This document shows positions 12,574 to 26,466 of a DNA stretch of 64,000 bases, piece after piece. Source of the DNA: Utricularia gibba. Lineage: Eukaryota > Plantae > Magnoliophyta. Each line of letters starts with the position of its first letter. The stretch's first letter is position 1. Under the pieces are notes generated by a model. That model did no database searches. It saw only the letters and a list, made by a program, of their open reading frames with translations, and had not been told where the DNA came from. The translations under genes were made by a program, and so were the position numbers. Location: positions 4,216,001-4,280,000 of the forward strand of contig NEEC01000004.1 in the NCBI GenBank assembly GCA_002189035.1. Direction: 5' to 3'.

Positions 12574-13520
12574 ATGAATTCTTGCCCGTCTTCTGCAGAT
12601 TACCGTTTTAAAGATGAAAAAGATTTCGTTTCTGGAACAATTGCTTCGCCTTCATTTTTCTTGCCATTGATTTCGTCTCAATTGGGTCTCATTCAGAGCT
12701 TCAGGCAACCTCCACGCCACCGTCCTAACTTCACGGAGAAAACCGAGGATTTTTTGCGACATCTGGGTAAAAATGTTTCATCCAATGTCAGTAGATGCCT
12801 CCAAATGATGCAAGAGTTCATCTCCCAAAATGGGTTTCTGGAAAAGATATTGTCCATTCGTGTTCATCCTCGGATTGGATTCCATTTCCATGTAATTTTC
12901 CTCGTTCAACTTGCTGTATTTCCGTGTCGGTGTTGGTGAATGCTCATCAAGTGTTCGATCTCCTGACACCAGGGGTTCCAGAGCGGGGTTCTGATGCAAA
13001 ATTCGAATTTTGCTGCTATTTTACCTGGCGATTCAGTTGCAGGGATGGTGGCAGCCAATGGGGTTTTGAACTTCTTGAGCATCTACAACACATTGCTTAT
13101 TGTGAGGTTGGTTTTGACTTGGTTCCCCAACGCTCCTCCTGCAATCGTCAGTCCACTTAGGTAACAATTTTAACTGGTTTGTACAATAAACCCAGATGAT
13201 TTCAGTTGAGTGCAGAATTCTGAAATGGAGTTTGTTTCACTGCCTTTTTCAGCACATTATGTGATCCCTATTTGAACATCTTCAGAGGCCTTATCCCACC
13301 GCTTGGTGGGACACTGGATCTTTCTCCCATTCTCGCATTCCTAGTTTTGAATGCTTTCACCAGCACGGCAGCTGCATTGCCAGCTGAACTTCCTCCTTCT
13401 ACAGACAACAACTCTCCCTGTTATTCACAGGAAAGTGTTACTCATTTAACATCATCTCAGAAGAAATGGATCACAAGGCTTTCGGGGGAGAACAGAGTGA
13501 GACCAGGTGGTGCAATTTGA
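12574..13520 (+). CDS. YLMG2: YGGT-family YlmG homolog 2, chloroplastic
   Basis: Exons 12574-12891, 12982-13160 and 13253-13520 give 765 nt in frame. Contains FAAILPGDSVAG...YNTLLIVRLVLTWFPNAPPAIVSPLSTLCDPYLNIFRGLIPPLGGTLDLSPILAFL. The first intron boundaries are inferred. Confidence 0.88.
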
Positions 13521-14083
13521 GACACGTATGGGAGCTGCAGAAAGGTTTGCTCGAACTCTGTGACAGATAGTTTGCTTCTGCGATAAGTGACATACATGGT
13601 TGATGATTGTAGAAACCAACTGTCGCAACGGTTTTTGGATGCAGGGGCATCTTTTTTCCGTATTCAATGCAATTTCGAATTGTTTTTTATGAAACTGCTG
13701 TGGGTCAGGAGAGATCAATCCATTTGTTTCTTCATGTATTTAACCAAGTGGCAATTGTGCTTACCAATGAGCAAAGAACTTGCTAACACCATAGCTATAA
13801 ATTAATAGACGGAGTTGCAGTCTCTGATAATTGCAGAGCCATGATTCTTCATATTGTAGAGGAGGATCAGAAGAACTTGACTCTGCTTCTACAGGGATCC
13901 GGGCATAAATACAAGGTTTCTAGAGCTTTTTTTTTTTTTTTTGTTTCCTATACATCAACACACGACAGTAAATTATTCCATAGAAGCCCATAGGCGACAT
14001 CCAAACACCACAACCCACTGTAAACAATGTTTCTTTGATAATACTCATTGTGGGATGGAATTCACTACTCTTTTCTTTTGTTC

Positions 14084-17000
14084 TCAATGGAGAGCTAAAC
14101 TGCTAAAAATCCGCTTCAAACTTGGGCACGCCCCGCGTAATCTGCTCAAGTTTAGTGGAAATATCTGTGCCATGCCAAGAGAAATGTCAATACTTAGCAG
14201 CATGTTCAACCCAAAGGGATAAGAAGTTGTGGTTAGGTATCATTGTGTGAACCTTGGGGCAGAAGCGCACATCAAGAGTCTCCAGCATGTTGCATTGCAT
14301 AATGGCAGTTTCAACAGCTTCCTCATCAATATGACAAGACTAGAAGAATCACCGGGTCAAAAAGAAGCTAAGTGATGTATCACCAAAAGAGAAGCGGGCT
14401 GAAAACACACACCAGGGAGTCTTTTGAAGATAAGAGGGAGCAAACTGATGCGGCGTACCTGAAGAAAAAGGCTGGTCAATCTTGGGCAGTCGAGCTTGAG
14501 AATCTCCAAGGAGGTGCAGTTGCTGGACGGTTCAAGAAGCAATAAGAAACATATTGTGCATCAAAAGGATCGAGAATGGTGTAGGAGTTCAGAAACAGAA
14601 TACCTCAGGTTAAGAAAGGTTAAATTGGAACATGATAAATTGACTTCTTTCAAGTTTGATGACAGTGAAAGATTGAGCGCCGATAGATGAACACATTGTG
14701 CTGCATGAGGAATAGCCACCTTTTTTATATTGGGACAGCCAACACAGTTCAGGTTCTGCAGAAGCCGATCACGTCTAAAAAGCTCATTTTCCTCCAATGA
14801 CCCATAAAAAGAGTTTACTTCAGAGAGTCTGCCGCCCCAATCCAAGTCATGCATATTCACGCATCCGTTTAAGCTGACATGGGTTAGGTTCATACAACCA
14901 GCAAGCAGTTCCTCTATTGCTGACTGAGAGAGTGACCCATAGGACAAGTCCAGTTCACAAAGAGCTGGGAGAGCATTGCCCTTATACACGGGTTCGAGAG
15001 CCATGTCGCAGAGATACTTGCAAGCTTGCAACTTAAGAACCTGTAAAAGGTGGAAGAATCAGGATGGAAAGATTAGCTAAATTGCCTATAAGTAACCAAA
15101 TGCGCTCAAAAAAAGTTGGAAGACTTCAGATGATTCTCTGTTTCGTGAAGAGTGGAGTACCTTCAAGAACAAGCAGGAGTCATAAACAGGCTGCAAGTTA
15201 ACCAAAAATGTATAGGATAAATCAAGGTAAGTCAACTTGGAAAGGCAGTGCAAGGAAGACAGTCCTCCAGAACCAATGGAAGGGCAGGACATCAAAACTA
15301 GGACTTCGATGAGGGGGCAGGAACATGCGGTAGCCGATAAGCAGTCATCCTTCAGTTGGCTGCAAGTGTAAAGTGAAAAAATATAACAAGGAAAGAAACT
15401 CATCAAGATCTAGTTCAGATTGAGGGAACACTACTAAATACCTGCAGAAGGATGCATCTAATGATGTAAGAAGTGGGCAATATATAAACGCTTCTGACAG
15501 TACGCCACAGCCTTTAAGTTCAAGTGAAACCATCTGTGGTGCTTCAATGTGGAGCACGTTTAACTTTGGGCATATGCCTAAATTCAAGGAGCGAAGACCA
15601 ACCTGCAATAGATATTAAAAATATAATGAGTCAGGATCTTTCGGAAAATTTTCATTTGAAAATTCAAGCTCCCATCAATGACATGTTGCTGACTTACTGA
15701 AGAAAAGTATGCCTTCTCAAGATGATCACACCCATCCAACGAAGCATTCTCAAGTAATGGGCAGTTGAGTTTTACACAAGTTAATCCACGACAACCACCA
15801 AGTGAAAGGTTAATTAAGGACATACTTTGGAAATTTACTGATGTCAAACTCTGCAAGAAAAAGAACTTGACTTCAGATATACCCAAAAAGAAGCTGCCAC
15901 ATTCTAAAAATAATTAATGGAAAGAAATTTTGAAATTTGGGATAGAAATCGTGTGATGTACCTCGCAGCTGTCAAGAAGCAATGATTTTAACAAAGGGCA
16001 ACCTCCTCCTGTACTGAAAACCTCGCAGATGGAATTCGTTAGAGATTCACACTCAGTGAGGTCAACCTCTTCCAAGGAACGGCATTGCAGTATCAAGGTT
16101 CTTAGACTTTCTTGCTTTTGCAAGACTAATCTCTGCAAATAAATTCAATACATTTGCCTCAATGAATGGATACATGTCAATTTTGTGTGTGTGAGGATAT
16201 GCGAGTGACAATATGAAGTTTACCTTCAGTGCATGGGATGTGATACTTATTTTCAGTAGGGAAGGACAATTGGAAATATTAACTGATGACAGCATATTAC
16301 TTCTTAAATTTAGATCAGCGAATCTGAAAGAATAAAAAAAGGTTTCAGTTCATCCAAACAGCGAGTAAATTTTTAAGGCCAGCAATGAAAATTAGAACAG
16401 ACTTGCGGCAATGTACGAGCCGTATACACTTCAATCGTGGTAGATCCAATGACAATGATACCAACAAATTGCAATTGTCAAGCTCAAGGACCTATAGAAG
16501 ATATGTTACATGAGAAAAATCAGATTTTGCTAAACTTCTGGAAAAAATTAAAAAACAGTAGGCACAAAGAAATGCTTGAGCAGCGGCAATCAAACCTCGA
16601 GCATATAGCTATACGCAACAGCAGCCATTGAAGCTGATGTTATACCCTCGCAGCTATGAAGCTTTAGCACGGTCAGCACTGGCAGTCTCACAGACTTCAA
16701 AGGATAAAGTAAATAATAAGATGTAATTTGACTGGAGAAAATCATGATCCTTCGTTTTCTTGAAAGAAAAATAGAGATTGAATAAATAAAAACGTACTTC
16801 AAGAGATATGTTAGGGCAATATGAAGCATTGAGCGAATGAAGACTTCCACATGAAACAGAAATATCACGAAGTGTCTCATCACTAAAACATGAACAGTTG
16901 GACACATCTAAGGATTCCAACAATGGGCACGAAGTTGCTGCAGAGCGTATTGCAGCATCTGACATCTTGTGACATGATGCCAAATCAAGTTCGCGCAGAG

Positions 17001-18882
17001 TAGGACAATTGAGAGTGGCCTGTGGCATAGAGCTGCGTTTCAGGGACAATGTTTCAAGCTTGGGGCACCTGCAAGGATAGATGTATCTTTATTCTAGAAG
17101 GGATAGCATTGGAGCTAATGAGATATTTCAATGAAACCTGATTGAGATCCGTGACAGGCGGCATTTCACTATCTGAAGATCATGTAATCGACTATGGAAA
17201 ACCATAATTTCTTGAAATCCATTACCCAAAGTAGCGTCATTGATTATTAAGCATCTCAACGCCTGGCATTCACACAAGACTTGGAAAAAGGGTTCATCTA
17301 TCTGGCCCTTCCCAAGAGTTAGAACCTCAAGGTTTCTGAGAACAAAAAAAAGGCATAAATGCCTTGGAATTCGTAAATCAACATAAACTATCCATTCTAC
17401 GGTAAAAAATACCTCAATGAGGCGGCAGCTTCCATCAACAAGTTATACATATTAGGCACGCCATAGACATTAACAGCAGAAGCCTTGGGGTACCTTCGAC
17501 AAATCACTTCAACTATACATCAAAGCCACTAAAAAGATTAGTTCTTGAACAGAATTTCAGAAAAAAAAAAAAAAAAATCAAAGCTTAGGAACAAATGAAC
17601 TATATTCGACACATGTCTTGGGCAATAAATAGCTCCAACATAAACAAAATAATTAACAAACTTTTTGGATGAGGAAAAATAAGAAACTATATATTGGCAC
17701 TCAAACATCCATATCAATATCAGTGTCATGCATCTTGCACCTGATCGATTCTATAAGATAACGAATTTAGTTAAATAAGAATTCAGGTTCGCTTACTTAA
17801 TTTATTTAGGAAAAATTAAAGAGAAATCATGCAACACTCACACTGCGGTACAGATATGGATCGACCCTCAAAATTTAAGTAACGCCATAAATCCTCATGG
17901 GTGCTAGCATCCCGCCACTGCCTGCAAACAATTGCCGCACGGCAAAGGTCACTGTGGTTCAAGAAACTGAATACCTGTATAAGTTCACAGATAAGCAGGA
18001 TAGTTAGCCCAAGACAATAGGATAATGAGTAGAGAGTTGGACGGGTTACACCAACCATATGCAGCAAGTCATCAGTAAGGTCCATCCTAACATCTGAATC
18101 ATCCTGGAACATGGGATCTCCATTAATCCCACTGTTATCCATGGGAATAACATGATCACCCAAATTAGTATCCACCTCAGTTATCGCATTCACTAAACAG
18201 GGGTAATGGATGTCACTACAAATCCTTTCGCCCCATTCCCTGTGAAAAAAATATGAATGAGTATTGCTCATGGTGAACAAGAGAGACGAAAATCAGGTTG
18301 TGCAACAACTTATATTCATTTCTCGGGAAAAGAATATGGGAAACAATAGAAACAACAAAATTTGATCTTTTTTTCCCTAAATTATGCGAAGATGATAAAA
18401 TCTGAGTTTGATAAAATGGAAAGCGAAATCGGGTGTCTTACAGTGATAAAGAATGAGTTTTACTCCGTTTGTTATCACGCTCACAATGCTCTGTTCCCAT
18501 TGTAATTGCTGTCGCCAAGGAAGATGATGACTGATCACTCAAACCCACATTGACGCTAGCATCTTCTTTCATCCCTCACCATCAACAACACCCTGCCTAG
18601 ATTGCAACTGAATTATCCAATTGCTGAAATCCCCATCGGCAAGACTCATTTCCGGATCAGAAAAAAGCCCTTCATTCAGATCAACCCCTCGGCATCACCA
18701 CCCGAAGACGGCAATCCAGAATTTTCATCCATGTCCTCACATTCATCACCCAAAACTACCCTCTCCTTCAACCCGTTCCGCTTACCAGCAAGGTGGTAAC
18801 GACGCAAATAACCAATGATAAAAGAAAATAAATTTTCTCCTCTGCCCCCAAAGCAGGAAAATAGTAAGCACCTAATCCTCAT
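14084..18882 (-). CDS. FBL15: F-box/LRR-repeat protein 15 (SLOMO-like)
   Basis: Start MRIRCLLFSC, F-box DLTDDLLHMVFSFLNHSDLCRAAIVCRQW, many Cys-containing LRR exons (LNCPTLRELDLASCHKMSDAAIRSAATSCPLL), C-terminus SRLRGACPSLKRIFSSL*. Two 1-bp G-run deletions in exon 1 (about 18685 and 18573). Confidence 0.92.
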
Positions 18883-21800
18883 ACACACGGAGAAGAAACC
18901 ACGGACTACTTCCCAGCACTACGAGTAACTGAAAAACAAAAAAATCGCAGATTTGCATTACCCTTCGGGATTCCAAGAAACTGAACAGCGAAAAACCAGC
19001 AATTACCCAGATAATTTCCACGTATAAAAACACACTTTTTGCGGCCGAACTGAATCAGATCGGCGGAATCAGTGCGCCCTCTTCACAGAAAAAATGAACC
19101 AGATCGCCAAGAGTAGTGACCTTGACTTTCTTCAAGAATTCTTCCAGGAAACGAGCCGCTGCAGACGAGCTTTTTTTTTTTTTTTTTTATCCCTCGGCCC
19201 TTTTTGTTTCTCTTTTTACTTTTTTAATATCCAATCTCTTCTTCCGCATCTCAGAAAAAGAAAAGCAAAAAAAAACAAAAAATTAGAAAATGCCAAAACG
19301 ACATCGTCTGCTCCCCTGATCAAAACATGGCCATCTCATTCGAAACGAACTCTGAAGAACAGCGCTTCAGAGCTACATTTTCGTGAATATATTAAAAACT
19401 TGAAATATACAAAAAATAAACCCACCTCTAGTGTTGTGATGCCTTCCAAACCAATCAATTTCATCAAGCTAATAGTTCATAAATCACGATTTGATATCAA
19501 ATTTGATTCAAATTTCTATTCCACTCACCCACATTAGCCATTGTGTATGTTTTAGAAGCACAATGTTTTTTTTAAATTTCTTCAAGGATTCATAAAAATT
19601 ATTATGAGTATATTAAAACATTCTCAAAAATATCAACTTTTTTCTAGGCACTTACAATATATGGATGTTTAGTAAAAATAATGTTGTTGACAGTTTTTTT
19701 CATAATGGGATCATATGAAAAATACAATTTTGAACTGAAACCAGAGTTTTGGTTTTAATCGATTACAATTTTACCTATCTGCTAAATTTAACTAATTTCT
19801 CTTTTCTTCATTTTATTTACAATTTTTTTTGTAAAATTTTGTTTTCCAATAATAAAAGTGCATATTTCATTGCAATTTTTTTATTTTTTTGATAGTAAAA
19901 AAAGTTATAAATATTTAATTATCAATATTAAAATTTAAATGATACTTATCATCAAATATATCGATTTTGTGGATCCATATCCATTAGAATCTTATAAATT
20001 GAATACTCTATTCTAATTATGTGGGTCCTACTCCGAGATTTAAATTATTAACCAGGGTTGACCTTGGACTTGCCATTTAGTTCATTTTTTATAGACCGGG
20101 GGTCAAGCTTCAGGGAGCCGGCTGGGAAGGGCATTTAAGGAATTGTCTTTCATCCGGATTATCATCATTTCTCTTTTTGGATATTCGATATTCATCATGT
20201 TTCATAGGAGAATATGAAATTCAAAAAATTGAACCCTTATTTTTCATTCCTTTCAAAACAAAAAAAAAATTAAGAAGTATGCATTTTTCTATTAATAAAT
20301 ATTTTTTTAATGATAAAATCACCAGGTATAATTAATTGTAATTATAAATTTAAAATGAGATTTAATTTATATAATTTCTTAAAATATTTAGTAAATTAAT
20401 TATTCAATTATACCAGCTTATCTCATCAAATATATTTGTTTCTTATATTTGTATTCATTAGTGCTTCATAAATTATGATTTCTTTTAATAGTTATAATGA
20501 TAAATATTCAATTTAGATGAAACCCTTGTAATTTTCCGATTCTAAATAACTCATGCTACGGGATAATTTTTACAATTGTTTTGATTTTCGGTGGTATTTT
20601 CTCGGGTTATTTGATAAGAAAATATAAAAAGTATACACCTAAATTTACATATACATCATTGTTTGATTGATTAATACATATATCAACTTTGTATAATTAA
20701 ATTATTGGCATATTCATTTTTTAAATATATGAATAATATATATAAATGGAAAAGAGGTTTAATTATATATATATATATATATCATTCATATATTTAAAAT
20801 TCTATTCTTACATATCAAACATTGTCTATAATTGAATATATACATATTCAATTACAATATACTTAAGCATGTTAATACTTTACTATCAAACAATCCATTT
20901 GTGTAATAGTGTATGAATAATCTCCATTATTATGTTGACTTCATTAAGATCATAACATATCATTATATCATCCTTCCAATACAATTCCAACAAAATTCTA
21001 CCTTTTTATTGTTCGATTATAGCATAATGAACTGATTTCAAACATTCCATTTTGATTTTCATTAACACTCTTTGTATAACCATTCTTGATTCTCCATTTG
21101 ATTTCATTAAGAATATAAAATATCGTTAGATCATCACTCTAAGTGATTCCAATAAAATTTCTACATTCTTCCATTCGGCTAAAGTATAACGTACTGATTC
21201 CAAGCATTACATGCATTATTCACACATATTAAAGTTTTGTTGTCATATGATCTATAGTCATTGTTTATTATATTATCTTCTACACACACACACGTTATCC
21301 CTTAATTTAAAAAGTGTATGTAATATATTTTTTTTATTGTTACCAAACACCATTTACTTTGTATTATGAAAAATAAAAATTATTATATCACTTATAGAAA
21401 AATGAAAACACTATTACGGCCAACAAAAACAAATGTGGGTTTTTTTTCTGAGAAAATAAACAAAAAAATGAGCAAGGTTAGAATTTCGTTGACAAATGTA
21501 TACGAGCAACGTACGACTTTTGTACTAGAGGATGAATAGTCGTACTTGAGTTTATCCATTGAAAATGGGCTGGCCCAATATTCCAAACTGGGCTTTTCTT
21601 AGTTGAAGTTTCGCCCACGAGGCCCTGGAAAGAGTTGGGAGAATTGCATATGCAGTTGACACCATTTGGTTGGCATAATTAATTTTAAAACCAAACAATA
21701 TCAATTTATATTGTTTTATTATTTGGTAAAATTGGTATTCATTATCAATCTTAATTTATATTCAAATTACCACCCACCCATTGCCATCCTCCATCGATCA

Positions 21801-22094
21801 CTACCTATTGTCGCTCGTCGGTGCATCCTCACGCATCACATTGCCAAGGATGATGGTGATAAAATTTTGAAATTAAGAATTCGATTAATTAAATGAACAT
21901 AAGTAAAATTCAAATATATAAGAAATATATACATTAATAAAATTAATTCAACTAATTAATAATAATTTGAAATATTGCATATATTAAATTATTTTACTTT
22001 CATTTTTCAATATCAGATTATTTGCTTTAATACCCAATTTTAAGTCAAATTAGTTTTTTATCCGGTTAGGACTTATCAAATGATAAAATAGTAA

Positions 22095-22516
22095 GGGTGT
22101 GTTTAATTGACAGTAATATGATGAGGTGATTTTATATTAATGAGGATTAAATGAAGTAGAATAGGATGAGATATCATTTTTTATTGTGTTTGGTTAGTTA
22201 ATATGAGATTATGTTATACTATGTTGTTGATGACGTTAAAATATATGAGATTAAAAAAGATAATTTATTAAAATACCCTTTTGGAATTGAATTATTTTTT
22301 TTAAAAAATAAATATAGGTGTAAGATAAGGTTAATTTGATAAAATCATATCATGGAATTAAGTAAAGTAATGAGGTGTGGTTACTTTATATAATCTCACC
22401 AACAAGAATTTATCAAATCCATGTATAATCTTGGGATATATAAACCACAAATAAAACACAATAATATCAAATACCCATTAATTAATTCCCCCTTATACCC
22501 CCAACTAAACACTACC
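22095..22516. mobile_element. Tourist-like (PIF/Harbinger) MITE
   Basis: Imperfect TIRs GGGTGTGTTTAATTG ... CAACTAAACACTACC, TAA at both flanks (22092-22094 and 22517-22519), AT-rich non-coding interior. Confidence 0.65.
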
Positions 22517-23157
22517 TAAAAGCAAGAGTACATAACATTAGAGATTTTTTAGGGCATTTAGGGAAATAAGAATGAATGGGGTGAAAGGGACGGGGCTCCC
22601 CATCCATCCATTCACGTGCGCCACCATTTACATTCAATTCTTTTGGGTAACGAGGGTTTAATGTTTACCTTCTTATCACCCGCATTCGCACACGTGCCCC
22701 TTGTCCTTCTTCCCTTCTCCACCCCTCCACGAAACCCTTGGCTTTATTTCATCGTCTTCGTACCCAACACGATGACGCCATTTTCCGCTTTACTCACAGC
22801 TTACCCAGTTTTACGTCTTCTTGATAGTTAGTGTGTGTTGTGTTGGGGAAAATGGGATGGAATTCTTGATTGTTCTGAGACGCATAAAATGGATAGATGC
22901 AAGTTGTGATTATTTTAATTGTTTTTGAAGTACAAATATAACATGTCCTCTGAAGTAGAAAAATATATGGAACCTGACTGACGACTGCCTACACACACAC
23001 CCACGGGGTTATTGCTTTTTTATCTTCTCGGAAGGTGACACCATCACAACAACAGGGAAGAAAGAAGGGCGCCACCGCAGTGTGTGGGAGGAAGAGCTCT
23101 TCAAAATCCCCAATCTCTTCAGCTTCTTCTTCCTCCTCTTCTGGTGCTGCTGCTGCG

Positions 23158-24261
23158 ATGAGGAATTATCGCTACGGTATGGAAAGATCCACGACCCAAC
23201 CCGGTTTCGAGCCTGAGGAGCCGCAGAACCCACCCGAATCATCAGCACCGGTCGTCGTGTGGATGAACCAGACCCACATTGTTCACCAGATCCACTCAAT
23301 GCAGCCCACAACCCACCATCACCTCTTCCAGAACCACCACCATTTCCTCCCGCAGAACTTCGTCGCTGGAGGATCCGGAAGCGCCACCGCTGCCGGCACG
23401 GCGGCGCCTTATTTCCCCGCCGTCAACTTCAGGCTTGGGTTGAACGAATTTTGTTCTCCCAACGAGCTTAAAGAGAGTGGAGTTGCGGAGACGAGACCCT
23501 CCTTTGGGACTTTCAATTCCGGGATTAAACTACACCAACCCTTTTGGTAATTGTTCTCTTCTGCATAATGCATAGTGTATGAGGATATATGATGATTATG
23601 CTTGCTTCTTTTGGGTTGGAGAATCCATGAAGGAATCGCTTAGGACAAAAAGGATCACGTTGATTAGATTTGGTTTTTGTACACAACAAAGAGACAAACT
23701 CCCTAATCTGAATTGCCCCGTTGCATTGCTTTTAGGGAGCCTCTTGCAGCAGACGCATCCAATGAAGACAGTGAAGCAGTCGGCGCACAGGCACAAAGCC
23801 ATGCCACGGGCAGAGTACAGTTCGGGGAGTTGGAAGCCATATACAAAAGCCTCCCATCGGCAAACGCGGCCCAGCCGGATCAAGGCTCCGATGCGACGGC
23901 TGGAGAGAACGAAGAGGAGGACTTAGAAGAAGGCTCGAACGCGAGGAAGAAGAAGAGGAGAAAGAGGAGGAGTGAGTACAGAGAAGTGATCCCTCCGATG
24001 GCTGAGTTTTTCGGTAAGCTAGTGAAGCAGATGATGAGTCATCAGGAGATTCTGAACAACAAGTTCACGGAGATGATCGAGAGACTGGATGAAGAGAGAC
24101 GCGCGAGGGAAGAGGAGTGGCGAGTTCAAGAAATGGCGAGGTTCGAGAAGGAAGCCAAGGCAAGAGCTCGAGAGAAGAGACTAGCTGATAACAGAGAAGC
24201 TGCCATTGTTTCTTACCTGGAGAAATTAACCGGCCACAAATTCAACTTCTCCTCTACATAA
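23158..24261 (+). CDS. GT-2-clade trihelix-related coiled-coil protein lacking a recognisable trihelix DNA-binding domain
   Basis: Exons 23158-23546 and 23736-24261 join as QPFW|EPL (304 aa). Contains QFGELEAIYK and the GT-2 central helix FFGKLVKQMMSHQEILNNKFTEMIERLDEERRAREEEWRVQEMARF...REAAIVSYLEKLTG. Confidence 0.75.
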
Positions 24262-25327
24262 AAGAACAATGCTTGAGAACCCAGAAACCCGAGTTCCCCA
24301 TACTCATGGATCTTGCAGCAAACTTATTCATATTATTATCGAGATGGGACAGTATCCAAATGTGGAGCACTCGGTGTTGTTATATTAGAACTCAAAGCGA
24401 TGACCACCTTAGAAATGAGGAAAAACTCATGTTTAGTCAGAGCTATGGATCAAATCCCACGTACAGAAGAAGCACAAAGATGTGATGATACTCGTTTCTT
24501 GCACCAATGATAATGATCTTGGTCTAATTACCTGATTAGTTGAGGGGTTCACCGTGGTGTTGCGTACGGCAACACCCAGTGTCTCGTTCGCATCGGTGGT
24601 GGTGTGGTGAAGTAGTGCTTTCCTGTAATACAAACGAAAGATAAAACAATAATAAGAAAGATAGATAAAAACCAGCCAAGCAGGGAATGAGAATGATGAT
24701 TACAAAGTGTGAAAACGACGTCGTCGGGCCGACCGCACATGTGAGTGCCTGCCAACACAGACGAAGACCTTTTCGAAGTTATGTGGAAAAAAGCTGCTCT
24801 GAAAACTCTGCCGCCTGCGCGACAAGCCTCGCACACACATGCCGCTGCTGCGTTTTGCGAAACCTCTCAGAAAAAAAAAAGTATTATCAACTGGATTCCA
24901 CTTCTCACCCAAGAACTAAACCGACAAACCCACACGGACCTACCTCGTCATTTGGTTGTTGAAGGATAAGTTTAAATTGTCTCTCATTGGTCACAATTCC
25001 CATCATGAAATGGAAAAACTTGTTGAACTGAATTACAGGGCCTTTGTGAAAAGCCCTCCAAAAATTGGGGTATGCTGCGTGGTGAGACAAGCACACGGTA
25101 TTCTTTAGTAAAAGGCGAAAGAATAGTTCGCTTTGTGCTTATCTCGCAGCTGTTATGTATCATAGTTGCGATCGGGGATTTTATAGTGGCTGAAATTCCC
25201 AATGAACTATTTGCGTAGCCGATGTGGATATCTGGGCCATCGATTCCGCGTACAAATAACAACGGCTATATTTTTCATCTTGTCAAAGAAAAAGTCACAT
25301 GCTGCTTGGAGGAGGAGGAGGATTGGC

Positions 25328-26245
25328 CTAAATGTCGAAAGCGATCAAGAGAGCAAACGAGAGTAACACCCAACCTAGAAGAATGTATCCGACGATCCTT
25401 GTCGGCGCTTCGTCCTCCGGCTCCTGAAAAGGAACTCGATGGTAGTGATACGGCGCTCGTGGAGGGACAATCTGATTGAAACATTAATCCATGACATGAC
25501 CGGGGTGATACCTCAGGAGGAGGGTCGCCGGAGGAGGTCGGAGTCGAATCAAGCTCAAAAGGCCAAACATATCTATCTGCATTCATGTTCCGAGCCAAAC
25601 TCCAATCGTAGAGTCTCCTCTCTTCCGCCGTCGACAAAATGGTATACGATTCCTAAAGACTTCAAATCTTATGTCTATCTATGAAATTTGCTTTGCCGAT
25701 TAGGGAATTGACAAAACCTTCAACAGATCGAGCTCCTTGTTGAGATCTTCTTCCTCTAAGCCTCTGTTCATTGCCTCCATTACTTTGTTCCGGTAGGCAA
25801 CCTCAACCTGAATACAGGCATCAGTTGGTGGAATTTTGAAAAAAAAATGGGTAAAACTAGAAACTACGACCTCATCGATTGTGCATCCGCTGCGAAGATC
25901 GAGCCTCCCGTAGTGATCGGCATCCGTAATTGCTGCAATTCTACTGCGTGAACCATCGATTGCAGGAGCGAATTAGAAACCGGATCAAAATTTCGAGAAT
26001 ACCGATGCGGCGCAAGGCTTCTCCACGTTGATTGCGGAAATCAACGACGGGCGGGTGATTTTCGGAACTTCCTCCGGCAAATTAGACTCCGATTCAACGG
26101 CCGCGACGCCATCGTCACCGGAATTCCTCAATTTCAGAGTTCCGCGACGCCGATACGAAATATCCGAAACGCAGTAGTGAAGTCTGATCAGACTGTTCTG
26201 AACGGAGACGCTGCTCCAAGCGACGGCGGCGGAGGCAACTGCCAT
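25328..26245 (-). CDS. ndhU: NAD(P)H-quinone oxidoreductase subunit U (J-like protein CRRL), chloroplastic
   Basis: Five exons: transit peptide...PSLISAINVEK(A)LR, ITDADHYGRL, EVAYRNKV...ELDLLK, ESYTILSTAEERRLYDWSLAR...YVWPFE, EPEDEAPTRIVGYILLGW (TM). One 1-bp deletion at about 26018. Confidence 0.9.
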
Positions 26246-26466
26246 TTGTTCTATCCCTGCTTTCATCCCCGCGTGAAGAAGATAAGCTGCGTCATGTTGT
26301 TTTCCGCCAACCAAACGCTATCTCTAATTTTTTTAATAATAAGTACGCGCCTTTTAATTATTTATTCCAAAAAAGGGTTTAATATATATTTCATTTTAAA
26401 AATTATATTTATCATTAGAGCGTGCCCTTACTGGGAAACTGTGTTAAACAACAGAGGGAACCGCCC

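Noticed and set aside
19094-19537. 147-aa ORF upstream of FBL15
   Set aside because: Runs through T and A homopolymers in promoter DNA; no domain-like composition.
20764-20782. (AT)n microsatellite and other simple repeats or A/T runs (e.g. 7170-7188, 13927-13942)
   Set aside because: Ordinary plant simple-sequence repeats with no additional structure.
24557-24575. Small hairpin GTGTTGC-GTACG-GCAACAC as a Helitron 3' end
   Set aside because: No CTRR terminus at the expected short distance; a 7-bp stem can occur by chance.
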